DNA from: a virus | Lineage: Duplodnaviria > Caudoviricetes | Reading direction: 5' to 3' (one strand) | DNA: 50,638 nucleotides | Virus record (IMG/VR): IMGVR_UViG_3300045922_000571 | Coordinates: 1-50,638 of that record | Shown: one piece after another, positions 41,738 through 50,023 of the stretch | Layout: each line of letters opens with the position of its first letter | How positions within the stretch are numbered: position 1 is the stretch's first letter | Made by a program: the position numbers and the translations under genes | The notes under the pieces: model-generated | What the model was told of the DNA's origin: nothing | Seen by the model: the letters and a program-made list of their open reading frames with translations, nothing else | Databases searched by the model: none

Positions 41738-43743
41738 GCTGCCTCCTCGGCAGGAGCGAAGCGCTGGCTATCCAGGGCATTGAGCCGCCGCCCGATGGCC
41801 GCGATTTCTTGCCGCAGCAGTTCGATGCCTTCGCGGCTCGATAGCTGGGCTTCGGTCTTGATCAGATCGGCCTGCACCTCGAGCGCCTTGATTCGCTCGC
41901 GGGATTCCAGCTCCAGGCGCTTGGTGGCGAGCAGGTCAGTGATCCGGTTCAGCTCGGCGGCGAGCTGCTCGTTCTGCTTCGCCAGCGCTTCGAGTTGCGC
42001 CCGGGCGGCGGGCGGGACCTGTTCTGCCCTTTCCGTCTCGTCGGCGGCGAGGCCTGGCGGCAGCGTGCGCTTCAGCCGTTCGGCGAGTTCGTCCGCGCCG
42101 GGCACGTCCGCATTCCGGAACACGATGTCGCCGGCGAGCTGAAGCAGTTGCGGGTAGGCCCGCGCCAGCTCCGTGAGCATCGCAAACGCTTCTTGCCGGC
42201 GCGTCGAGTAACTCGGCCCGGACGTTACTGTAACATCGTACTTGCCCGCGCTCAGATCGTAGTGCCGATCGCGGCCCTGCTCGTCGCGGTAGAGCGCGTT
42301 GACCTGCACGACACGCTGCGCTTCGTCCTCGCCGATGATGCGCACCCAGCGCGGCGTGTCGTAGATCTTGGGGATCAGCTCGACCAGGATGCGCCCAGCG
42401 TGCCGGAGCGCCCGCTGGAAGTTGTCGTCGAAGTGGAAATTCGAGGTGTTGGCCTGCTCTTGCCGCGCCAGGATCGCGCGGCCGCTGGTCTCGTTCGACT
42501 GCGCGCCGAGCGACGGGTCGAAGATCCCTGTGGTGGCTTTGATGTCGTCGGCCGCCTGGAGCGCGCCGACGCTCAGCGCCTGGATCGGCGGCTCGTAGTT
42601 ATTCCGGTGCGGCGGGCCTACCGGCTGGCCGTTGATGCTGACGGGCTTGTACTCCAGATAGGCGTAGTTGACCAGGTTCGCGGTGCGCCACTGCTCTTCG
42701 TGCCCCTCGAACTGGCCTTCGGCCCCGATGTACGGCGCCTTCGGGGCGAGCATGACGGCTTCAGCCTGCGCCGTCTTGTAGAAGTTGTAGAGCTGCTGCG
42801 GGTCGCGCGCGAAGCGGACAAGCGAGAACACCTTCCGCTTGCCGTCCATGAGCAGTTCCTTGCCGTAGACGGGGATGATCGGAATCCACTTGCCCGGCCA
42901 GTCGTACTCTTCGAGCACTTCGACGCCGTTGATCTTCGCGCAGCGCACGCGGCGCGAGACCACTTCGCGCTCCTCGACCACGGTGACGCCCATCTGCTCG
43001 ACGACGCGCAGGTCGACCTCGTCGTCGAAGACGATCTCCCCGTTCGAGAGCGCCACCAAGCGGCGCTTGCGCGGCTCGATGAACCAGTACTCGGCAATCT
43101 GCACCGAATCTTCCGTGATCCAGCCTTCGGCGTGCGCCAGCTCGCCGCCGTAGAAGTCGGTCACGGAGGCCTCGGCGTCCGGCCACCGCTCGCGGAACTC
43201 GTCGCGCGAGATGCGCTCGACCACGAAGCAGTAGCGCGCATCGCTGCGGTCAGGGCGCTTGGCCAGCGGGTCGAAATAGACCGAGAACGGGTCGGCAATC
43301 GGCTCGATGCGCAGCTCCTGGTCGAAGGAGTCCTCGGAGACGTAGTCGCTCAAGATGCGGAAGGCGCCGAGGCCGCACGTGGTCGCATACTCGAACGCCG
43401 TCTGATAGGCGACTTGGGCGTCCGAGTCGTACTCGATGTGGCGGATCAGACCTTGCATGACGCGCGCGGTGTCCGGATCGGTTCCGGAGTCCACCGGCGC
43501 GACCTTGATGCCCGGCTTGTTCCGGCGCATCTGATTCACGATCTGGCCGACGAAGGTGGGCAGACGGTTGATGACCAGCGCCGGGCGATTGGCGATCTCG
43601 CGCTCGCGCCGCACCCGCTCCGGCCACTGCTCGCCGGCGACGAAGCGCAGGTCTTTCCGGGCCTCTTCCCGAATCTCGCGCTCCGCGTCGGCGGCCTCAC
43701 GGAAGCGCGCCCGCGCCTGCTTGAGTAACTCCTCGTGTTTCAT
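41734..43743 (-). CDS. Portal protein (P22 gp1-like)
   Basis: DLRFVAGEQW...RPALVINRL...VYFDP.A...D.SDA...WPGKWIPIIPVYG...RDPQQLYN...SNETSGRAILARQ...GKYDVTV.SGPSYSTRRQE. Confidence 0.95.
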   Translation of the reverse strand: MKHEELLKQARARFREAADAEREIREEARKDLRFVAGEQWPERVRREREIANRPALVINRLPTFVGQIVNQMRRNKPGIKVAPVDSGTDPDTARVMQGLIRHIEYDSDAQVAYQTAFEYATTCGLGAFRILSDYVSEDSFDQELRIEPIADPFSVYFDPLAKRPDRSDARYCFVVERISRDEFRERWPDAEASVTDFYGGELAHAEGWITEDSVQIAEYWFIEPRKRRLVALSNGEIVFDDEVDLRVVEQMGVTVVEEREVVSRRVRCAKINGVEVLEEYDWPGKWIPIIPVYGKELLMDGKRKVFSLVRFARDPQQLYNFYKTAQAEAVMLAPKAPYIGAEGQFEGHEEQWRTANLVNYAYLEYKPVSINGQPVGPPHRNNYEPPIQALSVGALQAADDIKATTGIFDPSLGAQSNETSGRAILARQEQANTSNFHFDDNFQRALRHAGRILVELIPKIYDTPRWVRIIGEDEAQRVVQVNALYRDEQGRDRHYDLSAGKYDVTVTSGPSYSTRRQEAFAMLTELARAYPQLLQLAGDIVFRNADVPGADELAERLKRTLPPGLAADETERAEQVPPAARAQLEALAKQNEQLAAELNRITDLLATKRLELESRERIKALEVQADLIKTEAQLSSREGIELLRQEIAAIGRRLNALDSQRFAPAEEAA

Positions 43744-43794
43744 CCCTTACCCCGGCCAGTTGCCGCGCCACGCCATCGCTGGCAAGCTGTCTCT

Positions 43795-44037
43795 ATGCCA
43801 CTGATCAGCAGCCCCTGCCGCACGATCATCGCGATCGACAAGCACGCCCTCATCACCTGGTTGGGAGCGCTTCGACGAGCCTGCGAAGACGCGACGCTCC
43901 GCGCCGATGCCGCTGAGTTCTTACGCCGCACCGCCGATCTGCCGGAGAATGTCGCCGTCTATGCCGACCGGCAGGGCCTGGGCCTGCTGGTGGATGATCA
44001 GGGCGAACTACTGGCGTGGTATCCGCACGAAAGCTAG
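43795..44037 (+). CDS. Possible counter-oriented 80-aa protein
   Basis: Natural-looking sequence filling the otherwise empty gap before the portal; its stop overlaps the stop of the convergent gene in CTAG (44034-44037). No clear RBS. Confidence 0.45.
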   Translation: MPLISSPCRTIIAIDKHALITWLGALRRACEDATLRADAAEFLRRTADLPENVAVYADRQGLGLLVDDQGELLAWYPHES

Positions 44038-44174
44038 CCGCGCCGCGCCTTGTGCTTGAAGTACTCGACTTGCCGGAGGCGCTTCTCGGCTTCCGCGCGC
44101 GTCAAGTTGGGCTTCGACAGCGGCTTGCCGCTCTCGCTCACCACCTGATAGCCCTGCTTGGTCTTCCGGATCAC
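44034..44174 (-). CDS. Small conserved-looking phage protein (46 aa)
   Basis: Translated by hand: MIRKTKQGYQVVSESGKPLSKPNLTRAEAEKRLRQVEYFKHKARRG. GTGA overlap and GAGGT RBS; too short to appear in the ORF track. Confidence 0.7.
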   Translation of the reverse strand: MIRKTKQGYQVVSESGKPLSKPNLTRAEAEKRLRQVEYFKHKARRG

Positions 44175-44599
44175 TGGCGCACCTCGTAGAGAACGTTCAC
44201 GACGTCGCCGACGTCGGGGATCTGCGCGCTCGCGAAGCGCACAATCGCGCCGTCGAGCACATAGTCATCCGGCTCCGTCATCAGCAAGCCGTTGCGGTAG
44301 ACGGTGACCTGGTCGGCCGGCCCGGGCAGCACGTACTCGGCGACCTTGCCGGCGGGGCGGAAGGTGAGGCGCCGCCGTTGCGGCGCGCTCGCCGCAACCA
44401 GCGGCTTGAGCCGCCCGTTCTGAATCGTCAGGCCCTCCAGGCCGATGATCTCGATCCGGTTGTTCAGCACCGCCAGCAGTTGGCCGTTGCCGAGCGCGCG
44501 CAGTTGCGACAGGCTCAGCAGCGTCTCTTTCTGGGCCACCAGCGGCCCAACCGCCACCGCGGCCGCGATGGCTGCGATCAGCACGATTGCTCGTCTCAT
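44171..44599 (-). CDS. Signal-peptide-bearing protein with a VYRNGL...DDY beta-domain
   Basis: MRRAIVLIAAIAAAVAV signal-like N-terminus; C-terminal motif resembles tail-fibre-type Ig-like modules. Confidence 0.7.
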   Translation of the reverse strand: MRRAIVLIAAIAAAVAVGPLVAQKETLLSLSQLRALGNGQLLAVLNNRIEIIGLEGLTIQNGRLKPLVAASAPQRRRLTFRPAGKVAEYVLPGPADQVTVYRNGLLMTEPDDYVLDGAIVRFASAQIPDVGDVVNVLYEVRQ

Positions 44600-44608
44600 G
44601 TTTCGACC

Positions 44609-44914
44609 TCAGTAGCCCGCGCGGCGCCAAGCGGCGTCGAGTTCGCGGAAGCTCGCCCGGACCAGCTCCCAGCGCTTGACGTCGCCAGCGTCGAGCTTGC
44701 GGCAGTGCTCCCCTTCGCGCCCGGGCAAATCCACCGGATGCTGCGCCGCCCAGTCGTTGAACGCCGCCGTGAAGCGCGGCGTCAGCACGCGGTCGGCGTA
44801 GGCATGCGCCTCAGCGGCTTCGCGCGGCAGCGCGCCAGCGGCACGCGACCGCTCGGCTGTGGCGAGCATGACCAGCGCCACGGCCAGCGCCGTCCACCAC
44901 ATCGCACTGCTCAC
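44609..44914 (-). CDS. Secreted or membrane-anchored hypothetical protein
   Basis: Hydrophobic N-terminus and GGAGGT RBS. Confidence 0.6.
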   Translation of the reverse strand: MSSAMWWTALAVALVMLATAERSRAAGALPREAAEAHAYADRVLTPRFTAAFNDWAAQHPVDLPGREGEHCRKLDAGDVKRWELVRASFRELDAAWRRAGY

Positions 44915-45117
44915 AGCTCACCTCCGCGTAGCGGCCGTACGGCCAGGTATACGGCCCGAAACCGCCGCGCGTAGCCCGCTCCGGAGACGACCAGCGCCTC
45001 AGCTTGCCGGCGGAGCCACTCCGCCAGACGCCGCCGGGCCTCCGGAGTCATCTCCGCCACACCGCGCACCGAAAGCGTCGCCACGCGCTCGACGCCGGGC
45101 TCACTGCTGCTTCTCAC
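44911..45117 (-). CDS. Hypothetical protein
   Basis: Operon-coupled small ORF; the start is uncertain. Confidence 0.5.
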   Translation of the reverse strand: MRSSSEPGVERVATLSVRGVAEMTPEARRRLAEWLRRQAEALVVSGAGYARRFRAVYLAVRPLRGGEL

Positions 45118-45322
45118 GCTTCTTGCCCCCGCGCCGCTTCTCGCCGTCAGCCGCGGCCAGCAGCCCCAGCGCGGTCAGAACCGCCACCCAGCTCTCCGGC
45201 TCAGCGAGCACTTGCGGGTTGTTCGCAGCGGCGAGCGCGACGCCGGCGAGCGCGGCCAGGCCCGCCGCACTCGTCTTCGGATTGCGCGCCAGCGCGCGCG
45301 CGATTCGTGCCAGACGAGACAT
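45101..45322 (-). CDS. Putative holin (2 TM segments, basic C-tail)
   Basis: NPKTSAAGLAALAGVALAA...WVAVLTALGLLAAAD followed by a K/R-rich tail. Confidence 0.6.
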   Translation of the reverse strand: MSRLARIARALARNPKTSAAGLAALAGVALAAANNPQVLAEPESWVAVLTALGLLAAADGEKRRGGKKREKQQ

Positions 45323-45652
45323 TCAGATTTCGAGCGCCTCCCTGATGCGGAGGATGTAGCTGGCGAGCGCCCGGAGCCGCTCGTCGATCTGCGCCAGCTC
45401 GCGCGCGAGCGGTGTGCGCCACTCGGCTTTGACCCTACTGCGCTGGCTGTCCGGCTCATCGCTCGGGTCGAAGGAGAGCAGCGGCATCAGCCGCTCGACC
45501 AGCGGTTCCAGGCTGGCGTAAGCCTGATTGGCCGCATCGCCGAGATGCGCCACGACAGTGCGGATCTCGGTGTGCCGGATCGGCATCGCCTCCGGCATGT
45601 ACTCCTCGGCGAGGCGAGTAGTCCGATGTTCGCTTCGAGTCTCCATGCCCAC
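45323..45652 (-). CDS. Hypothetical helical protein
   Basis: Fills the gap after TerL; coiled-coil-like; the start is uncertain. Confidence 0.55.
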   Translation of the reverse strand: MGMETRSEHRTTRLAEEYMPEAMPIRHTEIRTVVAHLGDAANQAYASLEPLVERLMPLLSFDPSDEPDSQRSRVKAEWRTPLARELAQIDERLRALASYILRIREALEI

Positions 45653-45693
45653 TGAATCGGCTCACACCAGCCCGGTGATAACTACGCCAGATC

Positions 45694-47127
45694 TCACGCC
45701 ATCCAGCCGCCCTCGCCGGTAAGCGGCCCGAACTGCGGCTTGGGCTTCGGCCCGTGCTCGGTGCGCGCGATCGCGGCGAACTCGGCGATCAGATACCGGG
45801 TCGCGTCCATCAGGTGGTCGCGTTCCTTGACTACGCGCCCCTTCTCGTCGCGCCGGTAGAGGCGATACTCCCCCAGCCAGTTGGTGAGCGACCGGAAGAC
45901 TTTGAGCCGCCCGGAGGACAGCCGCTCCCAAACGCGGTAGATGCCCGCCTCGACCGCCGCATCCGCTGTGGTCAGCGTCAAGCCAAGGCCCCGGTACAGC
46001 TCGATCATCTGGCGGCCATCGATCTGGCTGCGCCCGCGCGCCGTCGGGTCGATCGCTCCGGAGATCCACTTTCCGCGCGCCCGGATCGCTTCGGCGTGCA
46101 CCGCAGGCTCGGCTTCGCCGCGGTAGTGCTCCGCGTACAAGTAGATCGTGTCGGTGTCCGGGTTGCGCGCGCCCCACACCGCCGCGGTACGGTTCCAGCC
46201 GACGTCCAGCCCATAGGCGCGCGGCCAGTGCGCCGGCAACGGGAAGTCGTCCACCACGACATCGGACTCGGGCACCGGATAGATCGCGCCGGAGCCGAGC
46301 GCCGGAATGCCCTTCGAGCGTGCATCCCGCTGGTAGGGCGGGATCGAGCGCCACAGCTCGTCCTTGACCTCCGGCGACAGGTGCGGCACCTCGTCCCAGG
46401 TGCAGAACGTCACCGACTTGGCCGGATGCGCCAAGTCGCCGTCCGGCAGGAAGCTCAGCACGACGTCCGAGAGCCCCTGGAGCGGGGTAAACGTCACCAT
46501 GACCAGGCCGCCGACCGTCATGGTGCGCAGCAGGCACTCGGTGTAGATGTCGAGCGGTGGCTCCTCGTCGAGCCAGATGACGTGCTGCTCGGTGCCCTGG
46601 AACGACTCCCGGCGCTGGTCGTAGCTCTTGAGCACCAGCAGCGAGCGCCCGCCGCTCACATGCCGCACCCAGACCGTGTCGATCGCGTCGGCCACGCCCG
46701 CCTTCGCCGTCGTGTGGACGATGGTGTCCGCCGGCAGCATCCCCGTGCCGATTTGCCCGGGCAAGCCCAGGAGCTTGACCTGCACGATCTCGCGCACGGT
46801 CTTCGCGGTGTCGCCCGCCGCCCACGCGCGGATCGCGTGGTGGAAGCGCCGACCGGGCCACCACGGCGGATAGAGGCCCGTCAGGTGGCACGCCAGCTCG
46901 TAGGCGCCGCAGCCTTCGGTCTTGCCGACGCGGTTCGCGGCCATGAAGAGCCGCTCGCGGTGCGTCGCGCCCGCGGCGAAGAACTCCATGTGGCGCGGGT
47001 AGAGTTCGCGCCGCAGCGGTCCGGTGTCCGGATAGAAGCGCCGCATGCGATTGCGCCGCAGGTACTCGGCCGCCGCCAGCGCCGCCTCAGCCGCGAGGCG
47101 GACTTCGGCCCCCACCGCACTGGACAT
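45694..47127 (-). CDS. terL: Terminase large subunit (P22 gp2-like)
   Basis: Walker A FMAANRVGKT, Walker B IWLDEEPP, motif TFTP, nuclease acidic residues GLDVGW and DHLMDATRY. Confidence 0.95.
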   Translation of the reverse strand: MSSAVGAEVRLAAEAALAAAEYLRRNRMRRFYPDTGPLRRELYPRHMEFFAAGATHRERLFMAANRVGKTEGCGAYELACHLTGLYPPWWPGRRFHHAIRAWAAGDTAKTVREIVQVKLLGLPGQIGTGMLPADTIVHTTAKAGVADAIDTVWVRHVSGGRSLLVLKSYDQRRESFQGTEQHVIWLDEEPPLDIYTECLLRTMTVGGLVMVTFTPLQGLSDVVLSFLPDGDLAHPAKSVTFCTWDEVPHLSPEVKDELWRSIPPYQRDARSKGIPALGSGAIYPVPESDVVVDDFPLPAHWPRAYGLDVGWNRTAAVWGARNPDTDTIYLYAEHYRGEAEPAVHAEAIRARGKWISGAIDPTARGRSQIDGRQMIELYRGLGLTLTTADAAVEAGIYRVWERLSSGRLKVFRSLTNWLGEYRLYRRDEKGRVVKERDHLMDATRYLIAEFAAIARTEHGPKPKPQFGPLTGEGGWMA

Positions 47128-47130
47128 GTC

Positions 47131-47685
47131 TCAGCCTGCCGCGGCCATTGCCTCCGCGCGCAGCGCCTCGCCGATGCGCGCCAGCTCCTCGACGCGCTCG
47201 ATCGGCAGCCGCGCGAAGTCAATCCGCGCCGTCAGCGGCCCGCCGCCTGCGCCGGAGACTTCGTGCTCGATGCGCGCGTTGTCGCGGTACTTCTCCGGCC
47301 GCGCCGCCTTCAGCAGAAAGATCAGCAGCGTGTCGGAGTACTCGCGCACCCGGCCGCACACTGCGCCGCGGTAGTAGACCGGCTTGAGCACGCCTTGCGC
47401 GGCGCGCCGCCGCGCCTCCAGCTCCAGTGCTTCGACCGCCTCTTCCTGCGCCGCGAGGAACGCCTCGGCGTACGCCGGATCGGCGAGCCACTCGTAGTGC
47501 TGCGACCGGTGGCACTGCGCCGCGCGCGCCGCCGCGGTGATATTGCCCGTGCGCGCGTAGGCCGCCAGGAATGCGCGCTGCTTCACCGGAGCGCGCTTGG
47601 CCGCCGCGCGCTTCGCCGGCGCGCGCTTCTTCGCGGCTTTGCGCCCGGCTTTCTTCGCCGGGCTTTTGGTCTTCCTCACTGCCAC
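47131..47685 (-). CDS. terS: Terminase small subunit
   Basis: QRAFLAAY..TGNITAAA.AA...RS.HYEW...LE.EARRRA..G...YSDTLLIFLLKA..PEKY; directly upstream of terL. Confidence 0.85.
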   Translation of the reverse strand: MAVRKTKSPAKKAGRKAAKKRAPAKRAAAKRAPVKQRAFLAAYARTGNITAAARAAQCHRSQHYEWLADPAYAEAFLAAQEEAVEALELEARRRAAQGVLKPVYYRGAVCGRVREYSDTLLIFLLKAARPEKYRDNARIEHEVSGAGGGPLTARIDFARLPIERVEELARIGEALRAEAMAAAG

Positions 47686-48302
47686 TTCTTCTGCTGCTGC
47701 GCCTGGAGCGCCCGGCGCACGGCCAGCCGGATGGTCGCTTGCGGCACGCCGAGCGCGCGCTCGATCGCGCGCCAGCTCATGCCCTGCTGCCGCATCCGGA
47801 CGGCTTCATCGCGCCGGAAGACGCGCAGCGGCCGCCCACAGTGCTTGCCCCGGCGCTTGGCCTCCGCGATGCCCGCCTTCACCCGCTCGCGGATCAGCTC
47901 GCGCTCGAACTCGGCGATAGCCGCCAGGATGTGCATCAGGAGCTTGCCCGCCGGAGCGCGCCGGTCGGTGTCGATGCCCTGCGACGGCGCGATGAACCGG
48001 ATGCCGAGCTGGTCGAGCAGCATGACGCGCTCGACGAACTCCTGGAGCGACCGGCCGAAGCGGTCGAGCTTCCACACGACCACGGCGCCGAAGCGCTTCA
48101 GGCGCGCATCAGCGAGTAGCCGCTCCAGCTCCGGCCGCGGCGCGCCCGCCTTGCCGGAGGCCTTTTCGACGTACTCGACCGCCTGCCAGCCGTTGCGCTC
48201 GCAGTAGGCGCGCAGCTCGGTCAGCTGCATTTCGCAGTGCTGGTCCTCGGTCGAGACCCGGGCGTAGATGGCCGCTGTCATCGGTGTCGTGCGCTTCCCC
48301 AT
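47676..48302 (-). CDS. Small serine recombinase (resolvase/invertase family) with C-terminal HTH
   Basis: IYARVSTEDQ (catalytic Ser), RPEL..LL, VVWKLDRFGRS, AEFERELIRERVKAG...GRP, then an HTH; 208 aa. Confidence 0.95.
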   Translation of the reverse strand: MGKRTTPMTAAIYARVSTEDQHCEMQLTELRAYCERNGWQAVEYVEKASGKAGAPRPELERLLADARLKRFGAVVVWKLDRFGRSLQEFVERVMLLDQLGIRFIAPSQGIDTDRRAPAGKLLMHILAAIAEFERELIRERVKAGIAEAKRRGKHCGRPLRVFRRDEAVRMRQQGMSWRAIERALGVPQATIRLAVRRALQAQQQKKWQ

Positions 48303-48308
48303 GCCCCC

Positions 48309-48337
48309 AGTGTGGGGCGGGTACGCGCTTATGTCGA
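48309..48337 (-). promoter_or_regulatory. Possible leaderless promoter for the recombinase
   Basis: On the minus strand: TCGACA-N17-CACACT-N6-ATG(48302). Confidence 0.35.
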
Positions 48338-48340
48338 GAT

Positions 48341-48553
48341 CTAGTACTGCCGAGTTACGGCGGCTACCCGCTCATCGAGCCGGCGCACCTCCGCGGCGAA
48401 CTCGGCGCGCGACGGATAGCGCTTGTCGAGCCGCTCGATCAGCTCGGCGATGTCGGCGCGGATGCGCAGCTTCAGCCAGGCGTTCCACAGTTGCCCGCCC
48501 AGCGACACCACGGAGATCAGCAGCGCCACGTGCGCGATCTGCACCTCGCTCAT
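48341..48553 (-). CDS. Small single-TM/coiled-coil protein (holin- or antiholin-like)
   Basis: MSEVQIAHVALLISVVSLGGQLWNAWLKLRI...; GGAGG RBS; ATGA overlap. Confidence 0.6.
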   Translation of the reverse strand: MSEVQIAHVALLISVVSLGGQLWNAWLKLRIRADIAELIERLDKRYPSRAEFAAEVRRLDERVAAVTRQY

Positions 48554-49209
48554 GCCGCCCTCCGCAGCTCCGAGGCCTCCGCCGCGCCTGCCTGCCGCCG
48601 CCGCTCCGCCGCTTCGCCGCGCCGCGGTGGCTGGAAGTACTCGCGTGTGGGGAACAGCCGGTACGGCCGCAGCTCGCGGAACACGCGCCCGAGCCGTTCC
48701 TCGATGCGGTAGCACTCGTGGAAGAACAGGCCGCGCTCGATCTTGAGGCGCGCGCAGCACTGGCGATACGTCCAGCCCCGCATGTAGTGCCACTGGAAGA
48801 CGCGCCACTGCCGCTCCGTCAGCGTCCGGCGCGCGATCAGGTGCACGTCCGCGGCGAATTCCTCCGACTGCCGGCTGTAGGACACCCACGGCGCGCGCTT
48901 GTTGCCGCTGTAGTGCCTCACCTGCATCGGCCGCGCCTCGTGCTCGTAGATCCGTGCCAGGCGCTCCAGCACCGCGCGGAAGATCGCACGGAGCACGCAC
49001 CGGCATGGCCGCCCCTCCTCGCCGCCGAGGCCCTTGCACTCGGCGCAGCGCGGATCGGACATCGCGAGCAGGATGCCCCGCGGCCACGACTCGGTATCGC
49101 GATAGTCCTCAGCCGCCCTCTTCCGCCGGCGCTTGCGCGGGTGCTCTAGCACCGACACGACGCGCCGCTTCGGCTCGTCCGCTGCGACCGCCATCGCCGC
49201 TGCTGCCAC
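48550..49209 (-). CDS. Zn-finger plus sigma4-like HTH regulator (Q-antiterminator-like)
   Basis: CAECKGLG...PCRC, and LTERQWRVFQWHYMRGWTYRQCCARLKI; lies upstream of the packaging genes. Confidence 0.65.
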   Translation of the reverse strand: MAAAAMAVAADEPKRRVVSVLEHPRKRRRKRAAEDYRDTESWPRGILLAMSDPRCAECKGLGGEEGRPCRCVLRAIFRAVLERLARIYEHEARPMQVRHYSGNKRAPWVSYSRQSEEFAADVHLIARRTLTERQWRVFQWHYMRGWTYRQCCARLKIERGLFFHECYRIEERLGRVFRELRPYRLFPTREYFQPPRRGEAAERRRQAGAAEASELRRAA

Positions 49210-49210
49210 G

Positions 49211-49483
49211 TCACACCTCGTCGAACCGCTGAATGCCGCGCCGCGCCAGGCCCGCGCGCATCGCCGCCAGGGCGCGCCGCTCCGACCGCAGCACCGCCAC
49301 GGCGCTCACGCCGAGCACCGCGCCAGCGCCGCGCAGCGTCAGCCCGGCGCCGTAGCGGATCGCCAGGACCGCCTGCCACCGGAGCGGCAGTTCCGCAAGA
49401 CACTCGCTCAGCAGCTCGGCGCGCTCGACGCCCGCGCGCAAAAGGAAGGGCGAGGCATCCGCCTCGCCCCGGAGGAGAGTCAT
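49211..49483 (-). CDS. Stand-alone sigma-70 region-4-like HTH protein
   Basis: LAELPLRWQAVLAIRYGAGLTLRGAGAVLGVSAVAVLRSERRALAAMR. Confidence 0.7.
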   Translation of the reverse strand: MTLLRGEADASPFLLRAGVERAELLSECLAELPLRWQAVLAIRYGAGLTLRGAGAVLGVSAVAVLRSERRALAAMRAGLARRGIQRFDEV

Positions 49484-49518
49484 GGACAGAGGAGACTGAC
49501 TCGATGGATGGACCCCGG

Positions 49519-49860
49519 CTAAGCGGCGAGCCGCTCGGCCAAGACTGCGAGAAACCAGCCGCGATGCGACGGCGCGATGCGATCCAGCGTCCAGACGCCG
49601 CGCGGATTGTCGCGCGTCTCGCGTCTGTGCGAATCGCCGTAGCCGCGCCGGCGAATCACGTACAGCCGCCGCGGAGGCTCGTCCGGCTCGACCGTCACCC
49701 ACCGGACAGCGCGGATGCGCCGCCGCGTCCTCAGCGGCTCGACTTCGCCGCGCGCTAGCAGCCGCTCCGCCTCCACGCGCTCCAGCCAGCACACATGCTC
49801 GCCGGCGCGATCGAGCAGCCGCACTCTAGCCGGCATCGCGAACTCCGAGAGGAGAGACAC
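49519..49860 (-). CDS. Hypothetical basic protein
   Basis: Natural-looking ORF in the late-regulatory cluster; the start may instead be MPARV. Confidence 0.6.
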   Translation of the reverse strand: MSLLSEFAMPARVRLLDRAGEHVCWLERVEAERLLARGEVEPLRTRRRIRAVRWVTVEPDEPPRRLYVIRRRGYGDSHRRETRDNPRGVWTLDRIAPSHRGWFLAVLAERLAA

Positions 49861-50023
49861 GACGAGCGTCCAGCACGGTGACCGGGAGTCGGCTAGGTTA
49901 CGGTCGGCCTCCTAACGACCCGGCGCCTTCCACGGACGGCGCCGCCCGGGCCGGGAGGCAGCCCGGGCGCAGTAACTCTGTCTCCATTGTCCGGCCAGAT
50001 GCCGGATCTGTTAACCCTCGCGC

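Noticed and set aside
41995-48207. Long plus-strand ORFs (41995..43728, 45754..48207; likewise 12963..14570, 16170..17681, 38953..40383)
   Set aside because: Antisense shadows of portal, terL/terS/recombinase, the giant gene and the coat gene, as expected in high-GC coding DNA.
47676-48302. Phage integrase
   Set aside because: At 208 aa it lacks the recombinase and zinc-ribbon domains of large serine integrases; it has resolvase/invertase architecture.
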